The position numbers were made by a program, and so were the translations under genes. The notes below the pieces were generated by a model, which was not told where the DNA came from, did no database searches, and saw only the letters and a program-made list of their open reading frames with translations. A DNA stretch of 64,000 nucleotides from an uncultured Planctomycetota bacterium (lineage in GTDB: Bacteria > Planctomycetota > Phycisphaerae > Tepidisphaerales > Tepidisphaeraceae). The stretch covers positions 1 through 64,000 of the forward strand of contig CAWJEN010000003.1 of assembly GCA_963841915.1 (NCBI GenBank). Direction: 5' to 3'. Shown here in pieces: positions 1 to 9,468 of the stretch. Numbering within the stretch: the stretch's first letter is position 1; each line of letters opens with the position of its first letter.

Positions 1-103
1 TCTCGATCACCGGCCTTGCCGCGGCGGTGAGGGAGCGGCGGCGGGCGGAGGCCTTCGAGAAGCGACGCGAGGGCACGGCGGGGTGGGTGGTGGTCATGGT
101 CAT
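1..103 (-). CDS. 5' end (partial) of a probable planctomycete extracellular protein
   Basis: Manual translation MTMTTTHPAVPSRRFSKASARRRSLTAAARPVIE... runs off the window edge; an Arg-rich N-terminus leading into RPVIE resembles the start of the planctomycete LExLExRxLL export motif. Confidence 0.45.
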   Translation of the reverse strand, partial: MTMTTTHPAVPSRRFSKASARRRSLTAAARPVIE

Positions 104-395
104 GCGTAAGGCGAATCGATCCATTGGGACAAGATGACCCGGCCGCGACTAAGGCGGCTGGGAAACGACGATGGGGCCGAGGCGGCCGGGTGGGTCGGCC
201 ATGGTGGCGGCGTGATGCGTGTCGCCGGCTCCCCTCCAGACGGTCCCGAGGTACTGCTTCTTCCCCCTTCTTCTGTGAGGATAACGACGATGATGCCGGT
301 CGGCAACATCTCGATGTTTCTTGTTGATCCCTTAACGGACGGTGTCGCCGAAAGCCACTTACCGCACGCAGATGGAAGGAAGATGCGCGTAAGAA

Positions 396-605
396 GGGAC
401 AGGCTGCTCGCGTGCGGCGACGTCCTGCACGCGTGAAGCAACATGATGCACGCGTGAATCGAGGTCCTGAACGTCGGAAGCGACGCCATGCTCGCGACCC
501 TCGACGTCGTTCACGCGAGCATCAGCCGCCTGCAGACGAGAACCGAGGCCGTTCTCACGAGAAACGACGCCGTGCACGCGAGAAAGAGCTTCATGCACGT
601 GTGCT
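396..605. repeat. Degenerate 21-bp tandem repeat, about 10 units
   Basis: Units in exact 21-nt register, e.g. gcgacgtcctgcacgcgtgaa (417), gcaacatgatgcacgcgtgaa (438), ccgaggccgttctcacgagaa (543), acgacgccgtgcacgcgagaa (564). Confidence 0.8.
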
Positions 606-805
606 GAAAGGGCCAGACAACAAGCATCGGTCCGGCGGCACGTCCCATAGCCGCCGCTGAAACCCTCTCGGCGCCGACACGGCCGTTGCCGGTGACGATA
701 CATGGCCTGAGCCGACGAGGCGACGCAGGGTGGGGTGGTCCCGCTTGGCGGTCGCGACGATTCTCGTCCTGCCGTCGTTCGGCTCGCACAGTGCAAGGAC
801 GCGAT

Positions 806-1522
806 ATGAGCTACATCAACGAACTCAAGACCGAAGCAAAACTTATCAATTTTACCGGTAACATGGAAACCGTCCTCACCGGCGATCCTTCGCGCTTCAA
901 CATCGATCCCGTCCGCGCGACGGCTTACGCGACCACGCGGTCCAACTTCATGAACGCCTACGAGACGTACCACACCGACGCGACGCACTCGACGCCGTAT
1001 CGGGTGAAGAAGGATGACATGAAGGGTCACCTCTTCAACAGCACGCGGGATTTGTGCGAGCAGTTCCTGGCCGACAAGTCGCTGGACAACACGACGCTGG
1101 CGCTCGTCGGGCTGCGGCGTCGCCAGACGAGCGGGACACCCGCGCCGACGCCGAACGCCGCGCCGCTGGTGATCGGCCGGGTCGATTCGGCGACGAGCAT
1201 CGCGTTGTCGTTCCGCGATGAAGCGGACCGGGATCGGCGGGCCAAGCCGGCGGGCGTGCGGCAGGTGGCGGTCGCGACGTTCATCGGCGACGCGCCGCCG
1301 GCGTCGATCGATCTGTGGGGACAGCCGATGCTGCTGGGGCGGACGAACCATCGCATGGAGTTCCCGAACCGGCCGGACATCACGGTGTGGGTGACGGCGT
1401 GGTGGGTCAACTCCCGCAACATCAGCGGCCCGGCCAGCCGGCCGCAGTCGTTCCGCATCGCGGGGCTGGGCAGCGTCGTTCCCGCTAGCGGGCAGCAGCC
1501 GAGCCTGAGGATTGCGGCGTAA
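806..1522 (+). CDS. Hypothetical protein (helical N-terminal part, beta-rich possibly FN3-like C-terminal part)
   Basis: ATG at 806 after an AAGGA RBS-like motif; strong GC3 codon bias; ends ...LRIAA. Confidence 0.75.
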   Translation: MSYINELKTEAKLINFTGNMETVLTGDPSRFNIDPVRATAYATTRSNFMNAYETYHTDATHSTPYRVKKDDMKGHLFNSTRDLCEQFLADKSLDNTTLALVGLRRRQTSGTPAPTPNAAPLVIGRVDSATSIALSFRDEADRDRRAKPAGVRQVAVATFIGDAPPASIDLWGQPMLLGRTNHRMEFPNRPDITVWVTAWWVNSRNISGPASRPQSFRIAGLGSVVPASGQQPSLRIAA

Positions 1523-1537
1523 CGCGCTGGCTTTTGC

Positions 1538-1670
1538 CGCAAAGGGCGCAAAGACGCAAATAACGCAAAGCAGAAGAGAGAATAGGGTTGGAGCTTGGGC
1601 GGCGTGAGCCCGTCTGCTTTCTGACCCTTTTCTCTCCTTTGCGGTCCTTTGCCCCTTTGCGTCTTTGCGT
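1538..1670. repeat. Palindromic element built from tandem CGCAAAG units and their reverse complements
   Basis: cgcaaagggcgcaaagacgcaaataacgcaaag (1538-1570) faces ctttgcggtcctttgcccctttgcgtctttgcgt (1637-1670). Confidence 0.7.
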
Positions 1671-1767
1671 TGAGATGCCAGCGATAACCGCCACCCCACC
1701 CGCGACGTCCGACAGTGCGGCTTGCTCTCGCCGCTTGCCGGTCTGTACCGACTTATCCCATATCGTC

Positions 1768-3159
1768 ATGCCTTCCAAACGCAAGCCCAAGCAACGCCGC
1801 GGCCACGATCCGATGGGGCGGCGGATCGCGCGGTATCGACTGACCCTGGACGCCATCGACACCGCGACCGGCGGCGATCTACGCGGGTGCTTCGATCAAT
1901 TGGCCGACAGCGACCGGCGGTTCATCGTGCAGTTCAAGCCGCCGGACCCGGCGGTGAAGTTCGAGTTCGACCCGCGGCTGTACGAGCCGAAGAAGGTCTC
2001 GCGGACCGAGCGTAAGTTTCGCGATCGGCTCGAAGAACGCATGCGCGAGTGTGTTGTAGCGTTTGACGAAGACGACCCGAAGAAGGGCGAGCTGCCGGTG
2101 CGCGACCTGTTTACAACGGCGATGGGCATCGCCAAGAGCGGCTTTATTGCTGAGGAAACCCTAAAACGCGAGAAGCGGCGGGTCGCGGCGAAGAAGGACT
2201 GCAAGGGGTTGCCGACGCAAACCAGGGACAAGCGGCCCGAGCGAGACGACCAATCGCGGGCGGCGAATCAGCCGTTCACGCCGTTCATGATCGAGGCGGG
2301 CAAGCGGACGCGCGAGGCGATCGGCATTGGTGCGGACGACGTTCGAGACACCGTCATTCACCGCGGCTGTGTCGCGATCCATCAGGCAATGAGTCTGGAG
2401 ATGGGCAAGCACTCGCGGCTCGACGGTCATCACCTCGTGACGCACTTCGGCAATGAGCCGTGGAAGTGGGGGCTGGAGCAGCCGGTGGTGACGGTGCGGC
2501 GGCAGCCGTGTCGGCCGGAGAAGGTCGAGTGCGACGGCAAGCGGCGGGTCGTGTATCCGGTCGCGTGGGAGAACACGCAGGGCGAGTTGTCGTCGGTCGA
2601 GTGGACGCCGAGGGAGGTGAAGCTGAAATTGGAAGAGCCCGACGAGGCGCGGCCGGTGGTCGTGCAGGGGCACGCCCTGGAGCAGATGCGTCAGCGGCTG
2701 GCGGCGTTGAAGATCGAGCCGTATCTGGACCCGTGGCTGTTCGACAGCCTGAAGCACCCCGAGATCATCGACCGCCGCGGTAAGGACAAGACGGACTTGC
2801 TGGTGGCCTACACGGTTGGCGACAAGCGGCTGGGTTACCTGGTGGTGACGCCGACGCGAGGAGGTGGGGGGGAGCGGTTCGTGGTGCGGACGTTCCTGTT
2901 CCTGACGATGGCCCCGTCACCGGAGTTCCGCCAGCTCGAGCGGCGACTAAGCGTGTCGCGATTGGATGCGGATTACCTGAAGATCACGTCGATCGACCCG
3001 TTCCTGAAGACGGATCTCCGCGAAGACGAACGCCTACGGCAAGTCATCCGCGACAGCGGCTGCGGGCATCTGTTCCACCTCGACAACGACGTGGCCGATG
3101 ATGACAACCGGCGGGCGTACGCGGACGAGGTGTCGGACTACCTGCGGCTGGCGGCGTGA
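1768..3159 (+). CDS. Hypothetical protein
   Basis: Long ORF with coding-like codon bias from MPSKRKPKQRR; no family recognised; ends ...YLRLAA. Confidence 0.75.
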   Translation: MPSKRKPKQRRGHDPMGRRIARYRLTLDAIDTATGGDLRGCFDQLADSDRRFIVQFKPPDPAVKFEFDPRLYEPKKVSRTERKFRDRLEERMRECVVAFDEDDPKKGELPVRDLFTTAMGIAKSGFIAEETLKREKRRVAAKKDCKGLPTQTRDKRPERDDQSRAANQPFTPFMIEAGKRTREAIGIGADDVRDTVIHRGCVAIHQAMSLEMGKHSRLDGHHLVTHFGNEPWKWGLEQPVVTVRRQPCRPEKVECDGKRRVVYPVAWENTQGELSSVEWTPREVKLKLEEPDEARPVVVQGHALEQMRQRLAALKIEPYLDPWLFDSLKHPEIIDRRGKDKTDLLVAYTVGDKRLGYLVVTPTRGGGGERFVVRTFLFLTMAPSPEFRQLERRLSVSRLDADYLKITSIDPFLKTDLREDERLRQVIRDSGCGHLFHLDNDVADDDNRRAYADEVSDYLRLAA

Positions 3160-3173
3160 GTGGCATCCGACAC

Positions 3174-5003
3174 TTAAGCCGGGGCGAGGTCGCGGACCAT
3201 GAGCTCGGCGGAGACGCGGCCGTTCCATTCGTTGAGCGTCACCTCGGCGGCGACGTCGAGGGCGGTGCCGGGGGAGAGGTCGCTGGCCAGCTTGCCGCAG
3301 CCGAAGGCGATGCCTTTGAGCGGCTTTGGTGTCCCACTGTCGAATTGTAGTTGCAGGTGATCACTCGTCTTGCCGACGGCACGGGCGGTCAGCAGGGTCA
3401 GTCCACGAAGCACGAGAATCGGCCTCGAATTCGAGCGGCCGAACGGGGCGAGGCGGCCGAGCTCTTTGGCCAGTGCTTCGGACACGTCATCGACTTCAAT
3501 TTCAGCCTCGATACGGAGCGACGGCCGAAGGGCGTCGGCAGAGAGCTGAGCTTTTGCGATGCCAGTCAGCTTTTCGCGGAAGGCATTAATGTTGTCGACC
3601 GAAAGCCGCATGCCCGCTGCCATGGCGTGGCCGCCGTGACTGGTGAGCAAGGCGTCACACGCGTTGAGGCTCTCGGCCAGGTTGAACCCGTCGATACTGC
3701 GCCCGCTGCCGGCGGCTTCGCCTTCGTCGTTGATGCCGAGGACGATGGCCGGACGGCTGAACTTGTCGACGAGGCGACTGGCGACGATGCCGACGACACC
3801 TGGATGCCAGCCCTCGCCGGCGACAACGATGGCCGGGAAGTCGGGGCCGTCCCAGCCGTGATCGATGACGTCCTGCTCGGCCTGCCGAGTGATGCGACGC
3901 TCGGTGTTCTGGCGGTCGCGATTCTGACTTTCGAGTTCTTCGGCAATGTCACGGGCCCTACCGGCATCAGCGACGGTGAGCATCTCGACCGCCTCGCGCG
4001 CGTGGCCCATGCGGCCGCACGCGTTCAGCCGTGGCCCGAGCTTGAAGCCGACGTCGAAGGAGTCGAGGTCCTGCCCGCCGAGCCCGCTGCCGTCGATTAG
4101 CGCCCGCACGCCGGCAAGTCGTGATTTGGTCAAATTGCCAAGGCCGTAGGTGACAATCAGGCGATTTTCTCCGACCAGTGGCCCGACATCGGCCACCGTA
4201 CCCAGCGCCGCCAGTGCCATCGCGTCCATCAGGAACTGCTTCATGCCCTCGGCCACTTTGGGTCCGCCGGCGAGGCTCTTGCCGACCTGCCAGGCGAGCT
4301 TGAAGGCGACACCTGCGCCGACGAGGTCATCGTTGGCAGTCGAGCCCGGCAGTCGCGGGTGGACCAGCCATGACACGTCGGGCAGCGCCGGCTCGCCTTG
4401 TGCGTCGGGCTTCCATTCGTGGTGATCGGTGATGATGAGGTCGAGGCCGATCTCCCTGGCCACCGCCGCCGGTTCGACGGCTGTGATGCCGCAGTCGACC
4501 GTGATGACGAGGTCGGCCCCGTCGCTCTTGAGCTGTCGCAGGGCGTCGCTGTTGACGCCGTATCCCTCGTCGATGCGGTGCGGCACGTAGCTGCTGACTT
4601 TGCCCGCAGGATGACCGAGTGTGGTCAGGGCGTGCCAGAGGATGCTGGTGGCGGTGATGCCGTCGACGTCGTAATCGCCGTAGATGACAATGCTTTGCTC
4701 TTGCTCGACAGCCTGTGCGATGCGGGTCGCAGCCGACTCGCAGCCGGGGATCGAGGTTGGATCATCAAGATCTGCCAGCTTCGGCCGTAGGAACGTGCGT
4801 GCGTCTTCGAGCGAATCGGCCGCAAAGCCACGATTAACAAGGGCCTTGGCCAGCACCGGGCCGCACTTGAGCAGGCGCGACAGCTCTCTGGCGGTTTCTT
4901 CGTCGGGCGTTGCGACCAGCCACCGCTTCCGCGGGAAGCTGCTCAGGTCAGACTCGGTGCCGGGTGGCGAGATCGGCCGGACTCCATTCGCGGCGAGGTG
5001 CAT
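3174..5003 (-). CDS. recJ: Single-stranded-DNA-specific exonuclease RecJ
   Basis: DHH-family motifs YGDYDVDG, ITVDCG, ITDHH, PRLNACGR, GSGRS, GGHAMAAG; exact start uncertain. Confidence 0.96.
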   Translation of the reverse strand: MHLAANGVRPISPPGTESDLSSFPRKRWLVATPDEETARELSRLLKCGPVLAKALVNRGFAADSLEDARTFLRPKLADLDDPTSIPGCESAATRIAQAVEQEQSIVIYGDYDVDGITATSILWHALTTLGHPAGKVSSYVPHRIDEGYGVNSDALRQLKSDGADLVITVDCGITAVEPAAVAREIGLDLIITDHHEWKPDAQGEPALPDVSWLVHPRLPGSTANDDLVGAGVAFKLAWQVGKSLAGGPKVAEGMKQFLMDAMALAALGTVADVGPLVGENRLIVTYGLGNLTKSRLAGVRALIDGSGLGGQDLDSFDVGFKLGPRLNACGRMGHAREAVEMLTVADAGRARDIAEELESQNRDRQNTERRITRQAEQDVIDHGWDGPDFPAIVVAGEGWHPGVVGIVASRLVDKFSRPAIVLGINDEGEAAGSGRSIDGFNLAESLNACDALLTSHGGHAMAAGMRLSVDNINAFREKLTGIAKAQLSADALRPSLRIEAEIEVDDVSEALAKELGRLAPFGRSNSRPILVLRGLTLLTARAVGKTSDHLQLQFDSGTPKPLKGIAFGCGKLASDLSPGTALDVAAEVTLNEWNGRVSAELMVRDLAPA

Positions 5004-5053
5004 GGGGCGAGTCTACCCGCCGCGACCGTTACCACTTGCAACGGCTGCCGTTG

Positions 5054-5596
5054 ATGCACTACACCACCCTGGAGATGGCACAGCAGTTGATGAACAGCAT
5101 TCCCGCGCTCCTGGCCTTTGGCCTCTTCATCGGCACGTTTGCCGGCCTCTTCGGGCTCGGTGGCGGGGCGATCCTCGTGCCCTTGCTCGTGTTGCTGTTT
5201 GGCATGGACCAGAAGTCGGCCCAAGGCACCAGCTTGGCCATGATCCTGGCCCCGACGGCGGCTCCGGCGATTTGGAACTACCACCGCGGCGGCTTTGTCG
5301 AGTGGCGATTGATGATCTGGATCACGCCCACGATGCTCGTCGGCAGCTTCATCGGTGCCGAAATCGCCAAGTATCTGCCACAAGACGTGTTGCGGATCAG
5401 CTTCGCCGTCGTGCTGACGTACATCGCCGCCTACATGGTGTTCGCAAAGCTCGGCAACATCACCACGGCCCTGGCCTACTCGGCCGCGCCGGTGTCGCTG
5501 ATGATTATCCTCATCTTCGTCAGCGGCGTGTTCAGCAAGGTCGTCAAGTCTGCTCCCGAAGCCGTCGAATCTACGCCGTCTCTTGGTGAGGATTAA
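5054..5596 (+). CDS. TSUP (TauE/SafE) family membrane transporter, short form
   Basis: AGLFGLGGGAILVPLL and AQGTSLA motifs; multiple TM segments. Confidence 0.85.
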   Translation: MHYTTLEMAQQLMNSIPALLAFGLFIGTFAGLFGLGGGAILVPLLVLLFGMDQKSAQGTSLAMILAPTAAPAIWNYHRGGFVEWRLMIWITPTMLVGSFIGAEIAKYLPQDVLRISFAVVLTYIAAYMVFAKLGNITTALAYSAAPVSLMIILIFVSGVFSKVVKSAPEAVESTPSLGED

Positions 5597-5605
5597 CCTG
5601 CCGCA

Positions 5606-6115
5606 ATGCCGACGCGTCCACCCGATCCAGAGCCATGTGCGATGACGTCTGAGGACGCTCAGCGGTGGATGCAAATCGCGACGGATGAAGCAAGATCAGC
5701 GCAGCAGCACGGCGACGTGCCGGTCGGTTGTGTAGTCGTCGGTCCCGAAGGCGATGTGATCGCCCGTGGGCACAACCGTCGAGAGGCGGACGAAGACCCG
5801 ACGGCCCACGCAGAGGTGGTTGCCATGCGGGCCGCAGCGGCGGCGGCGGGGTCTTGGCGGCTCGTCGGCTGCACGCTTGTCGTCACGCTCGAGCCGTGCC
5901 CGATGTGCGCGGGGGCGATCATCAACGCGCGGGTGCCACGCGTCATCTTCGGTACAGCCGATCCCAAAGGTGGCGCTGCGGGTAGCATGCTGAACCTGCT
6001 CGACGATGCGCGGCTGAACCATCGACCGCAAGTCATCGGCGGCGTGCTGGCAGAAGTGTGTGCCGAACAGCTTCGGGCGTTTTTTCGCAAGCAGCGGTCA
6101 CTTGGCAAGAAGTGA
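5606..6115 (+). CDS. tadA: tRNA adenosine(34) deaminase
   Basis: VPVGCVVV, DPTAHAE, TLEPCPMCAGA, DPKGGA, LNH motifs. Confidence 0.93.
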   Translation: MPTRPPDPEPCAMTSEDAQRWMQIATDEARSAQQHGDVPVGCVVVGPEGDVIARGHNRREADEDPTAHAEVVAMRAAAAAAGSWRLVGCTLVVTLEPCPMCAGAIINARVPRVIFGTADPKGGAAGSMLNLLDDARLNHRPQVIGGVLAEVCAEQLRAFFRKQRSLGKK

Positions 6116-6142
6116 AGGTCCGTGCAAGAAGTGAAGGTCCGT

Positions 6143-7921
6143 CTACCGAACGGGCTTGCCGACACCGACGAAGTTATTGCCAAGGCTCTCGCTGAGCACG
6201 ATGTTGTTGTACCGCAGCAGGGTTCCCTTGGCCCGCTCGAACTGGGCAAGCGCGACGTTGTACTGCGTCAGTGCCTGCACCTCTGCTGCCCGCACGCGGG
6301 CCAGGTCGCTGAGGTATCGCAGCAGCCGATCAACGAACTCGGGCGTCAGGTTGCCGTCCTCGCCACGCGTTTGCTCGACGCGGACCACCTCCGCGGCCGC
6401 ATCCGAAGCACGTCGCCGTTCGGCCAGCACGGCATACGCAGCACTGAGCTGCATCTGGGACTGCTTGAGTTCGGACGTGATCTGGTTCTTCAAAGCCGCG
6501 TACTGCACGATCGCCTGCGACCGCTGCGATAGTGCCCGACGCAGCACCGCCCGCGCCGCCCGGTTGCCGATCGGGATCTCGAACTGCAGGCCGGCTCCGA
6601 ACGTCAGGTTGTCGAACTCGAACTGATTCTCGACGCTGTCGACGTAGTCTTCATCCAGCCCTTGAAATCCGGCTTCGACGACGAAATCGAGCCGCGGCAG
6701 GATGTTGTTCCGGCCGACATCGAGAGCCGTTTCTGCCGACTCGACGCGGATGAGCTGTGTAGCGATCTCTGGGCGAAGCAGCAGGGCCGTCGCGAGTGCT
6801 TCTTCGTAGTCGAACAAGACCGGCGCATCGATGGGTGGCGTCGTCGGAACAATCTCGTGTGTGCCGGCAATCGGCAGATCCGGGTCGTTCATAAGTTGCT
6901 TAAGCCGCTCGCCCAGGATGGCTGCCTGTGCCTCCGCTTGAATAAGAATGGCCCGCCTTTCGCTGATGAATTGCTCGGCCTGGGCCACCTGACCGGCATT
7001 GGCGTCAACGACAATTCGGGCGGCAATGGTTTCCGCCGTGGCGATGGTGCGGGTCAGCAGGTCAGTTTGAATCTCGACCTCACGCTGGGCCTGGCTCAGC
7101 TGCCAGTAGGTTTGCTCGACATCGACGAGGACCTCTTCGAGCCGCTGCCGAAAGTCGAGGATGCTGACACGCCGATTGTTCTGCGAAATGACGATGCGGG
7201 CACGGTTCGTGTCGCTGCCGAAGTCACGAAGAATCGGCTGCGTCAGTCGGAAGGTCAGGCTGCTTTCGAACGTCTCTTCGAGCGTCGTCAGGCCGCGGTC
7301 GAAGTTCGTCGGCGAGTTGAGATACGTGATGCCGTACGTCAGTTCCGCCTGGCCGCCTGCACCAAGCTGTTGCGTCAGGCTCGATGAGGAGCTGAAGACG
7401 CGCTGCAGGTCGGTCACGATCGACGTCTGGTCGATAAGCTGACCGGCGATCTGCTGATCGGCATAACGGCCTTCGAGCCGCTGGCGGAACGTCGGATCGA
7501 ACCGGGCCAGCGCTTCGATCGTGCGTGTCGCCTCGATGGCCGGTTCGAATGCGGCGACCTTGATGTCGAGGTTGTTGACCGTTGCCCGCCGAACGGCTTC
7601 GCTGAGTGGCAGGTAGACGGTCTTCGCCGGTCGCGTTGCCGGTTGCGAGGTCGGCCCGAAGCCCGGATCACCCGTTGCACCACGCTCGCGCTCTTCGTCG
7701 AGGACGGCCAGCACGTCCAGGTAATCCTGCTCGTTGCGCGGCGACTGCCCCAACTCGGGCAACCGGCGAAACTCAACATCGTCGGCCGCGGCAAGCTCCA
7801 GCGCGTGCAGCTCACGCGGTTCGAAAGGAATGGCATCGGGTTGCGAGCAGCCGGTGAGGCCAAGTGCGGTGCACGCGAGCAGGGCGGCGCGGCGGAGGAC
7901 GGGGCGGCAGGTTGGCTTCAT
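6143..7921 (-). CDS. TolC-family outer membrane efflux lipoprotein
   Basis: Lipobox-like LTGC; LSEAVRRATVNNLDI, LTQPILR, VEQTYWQL, RPEI, PRLD, EIPIGNRAA, ERAKGTLL pattern. Confidence 0.85.
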   Translation of the reverse strand: MKPTCRPVLRRAALLACTALGLTGCSQPDAIPFEPRELHALELAAADDVEFRRLPELGQSPRNEQDYLDVLAVLDEERERGATGDPGFGPTSQPATRPAKTVYLPLSEAVRRATVNNLDIKVAAFEPAIEATRTIEALARFDPTFRQRLEGRYADQQIAGQLIDQTSIVTDLQRVFSSSSSLTQQLGAGGQAELTYGITYLNSPTNFDRGLTTLEETFESSLTFRLTQPILRDFGSDTNRARIVISQNNRRVSILDFRQRLEEVLVDVEQTYWQLSQAQREVEIQTDLLTRTIATAETIAARIVVDANAGQVAQAEQFISERRAILIQAEAQAAILGERLKQLMNDPDLPIAGTHEIVPTTPPIDAPVLFDYEEALATALLLRPEIATQLIRVESAETALDVGRNNILPRLDFVVEAGFQGLDEDYVDSVENQFEFDNLTFGAGLQFEIPIGNRAARAVLRRALSQRSQAIVQYAALKNQITSELKQSQMQLSAAYAVLAERRRASDAAAEVVRVEQTRGEDGNLTPEFVDRLLRYLSDLARVRAAEVQALTQYNVALAQFERAKGTLLRYNNIVLSESLGNNFVGVGKPVR

Positions 7922-8041
7922 GGGCGTCGGGCGGGCGAGCGGCGGGGCGAGCATGTTAGAGCCGGCCGCCGTCGCACACCAATTGACCGGCGAACATGGC
8001 CTGGGTTCCAGTTTTGCCGGCCGCCCGTTAGCCTCGGCTTC

Positions 8042-8809
8042 ATGTCTGACACGCCTCTGACTCAACAGCAAATCGACGTCTGCAACGACAACCAAACCGA
8101 CTTCAGCGACCTGAGGGCGATCTACTTCAACTGCTCGCTCACGCCGTCCCCGGGCGACAGCCACACGCAGCGGCTCATGGACCTGTCGATCGCGATCCTC
8201 GAGGCGAACAAGGTCGCCTGCGAGACGATTCGCGTCGCCGACTTTGACCTGCCGCCGGGCGTTCAGCCGGACATGACGGAGCACGGCTACGCCAAGGACG
8301 ACTGGCCGATGCTGTTCGAGAAGGTCATGAAGGCGAACATCGTCGTCATCGGCACGCCGATCTGGCTCGGAGAGAAGTCAAGCATTTGCACACGCCTCAT
8401 CGAGCGGCTCTACGGCAACTCCGGTCAAACCAACGATGCCGGCCAGTATGTTTACTACGGCCGCGTCGGTGGCTGCGTCATCACCGGGAACGAAGACGGG
8501 GCCAAGCACTGCGCGACCGAGATCCTCTACGGCATGAGCCATTTGGGCCTCACGATTCCACCACAAGCCGACTGCTACTGGGTCGGCGAGGCGGGACCGG
8601 GTCCGAGCTACGGCGACGAGCGGGACGACGGCACCCGAGCCGGCTACGGGCGGGAATTTACCCGTCGCAACACGACGTTCATGAGCTGGAACCTGATGCA
8701 CCTGGCCCGCATGATTAAAGACGCCGGCGGCATCCCGGCCCACGGCAACTCTCGCACCGAGTGGAAGGCCGGCTGCAAGGCCGATGCTCCCAATCCAGAG
8801 CACCGGTAG
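8042..8809 (+). CDS. Flavodoxin-like NAD(P)H-dependent FMN reductase family protein
   Basis: NCSL..SPGDSHT, VIGTPIWLG, GNEDGAKH, WVGEAGPGPSY. Confidence 0.88.
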   Translation: MSDTPLTQQQIDVCNDNQTDFSDLRAIYFNCSLTPSPGDSHTQRLMDLSIAILEANKVACETIRVADFDLPPGVQPDMTEHGYAKDDWPMLFEKVMKANIVVIGTPIWLGEKSSICTRLIERLYGNSGQTNDAGQYVYYGRVGGCVITGNEDGAKHCATEILYGMSHLGLTIPPQADCYWVGEAGPGPSYGDERDDGTRAGYGREFTRRNTTFMSWNLMHLARMIKDAGGIPAHGNSRTEWKAGCKADAPNPEHR

Positions 8810-8826
8810 TCGTCGGTAGGGCGGTC

Positions 8827-9468
8827 CTACAGGAGCTGACGAACGAGGCCGGACAGCGCGATGCAGCCGAACAGCGTCAGTAAGCCGCCCCCGATCAAGT
8901 CGGCGGCACGGGTCAGCTTCGGCCCGCGGCCGCCCGCGCTGGCGAGACGGACGACACTCGACCAGGTCAGCACCCACGCCAAGGTGGCTGCGAAGACCCC
9001 AGTAACGACGCCGAGCGGCTGCTGGACGTCGCCCGCGTCGAGAATGGCCGGCACGCCGGTGAGCCAGAACGCCGCTTGGTATGGGCTCGTCGAGCACAAG
9101 GCCAAGCCCGTCGCGTAGCCAGCGATTGGCGTCGCCCGAATGAGCGGTGGTGGACTGGTCGAGTCGTCGGCTTTGACCATTCCGCTACGGATCGAGCCGA
9201 TGCCGAGGCGAAACAGCAGCAACACGCCGATGGCCGAAATCGGCAGACGGATCCATGGCGTCGCATTGATCAGGTCGAGCACGCCGCCGACGAGCAGCAA
9301 GGCCAGCACCAGATCGACCGTCACAGCACCGAACCCGACAGAAGCGCCGCTGAGCCAACCGCCGCTCGGAATCCGCCGCGTGATCTCGAAATTGACCGGA
9401 CCGGGCGGAACGGCGGCACCGAAGCCCAATCCGACTCCAACGGCCAAGGCCGCGAGCAGATCGTTCAT
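8827..9468 (-). CDS. LysE family translocator
   Basis: AAVPPGPVN N-terminal motif, GLALCSTSP...FW motif, several TM helices. Confidence 0.85.
   Translation of the reverse strand: MNDLLAALAVGVGLGFGAAVPPGPVNFEITRRIPSGGWLSGASVGFGAVTVDLVLALLLVGGVLDLINATPWIRLPISAIGVLLLFRLGIGSIRSGMVKADDSTSPPPLIRATPIAGYATGLALCSTSPYQAAFWLTGVPAILDAGDVQQPLGVVTGVFAATLAWVLTWSSVVRLASAGGRGPKLTRAADLIGGGLLTLFGCIALSGLVRQLL

Noticed and set aside
396..605. CRISPR array
   Set aside because: Contiguous degenerate units with no spacers
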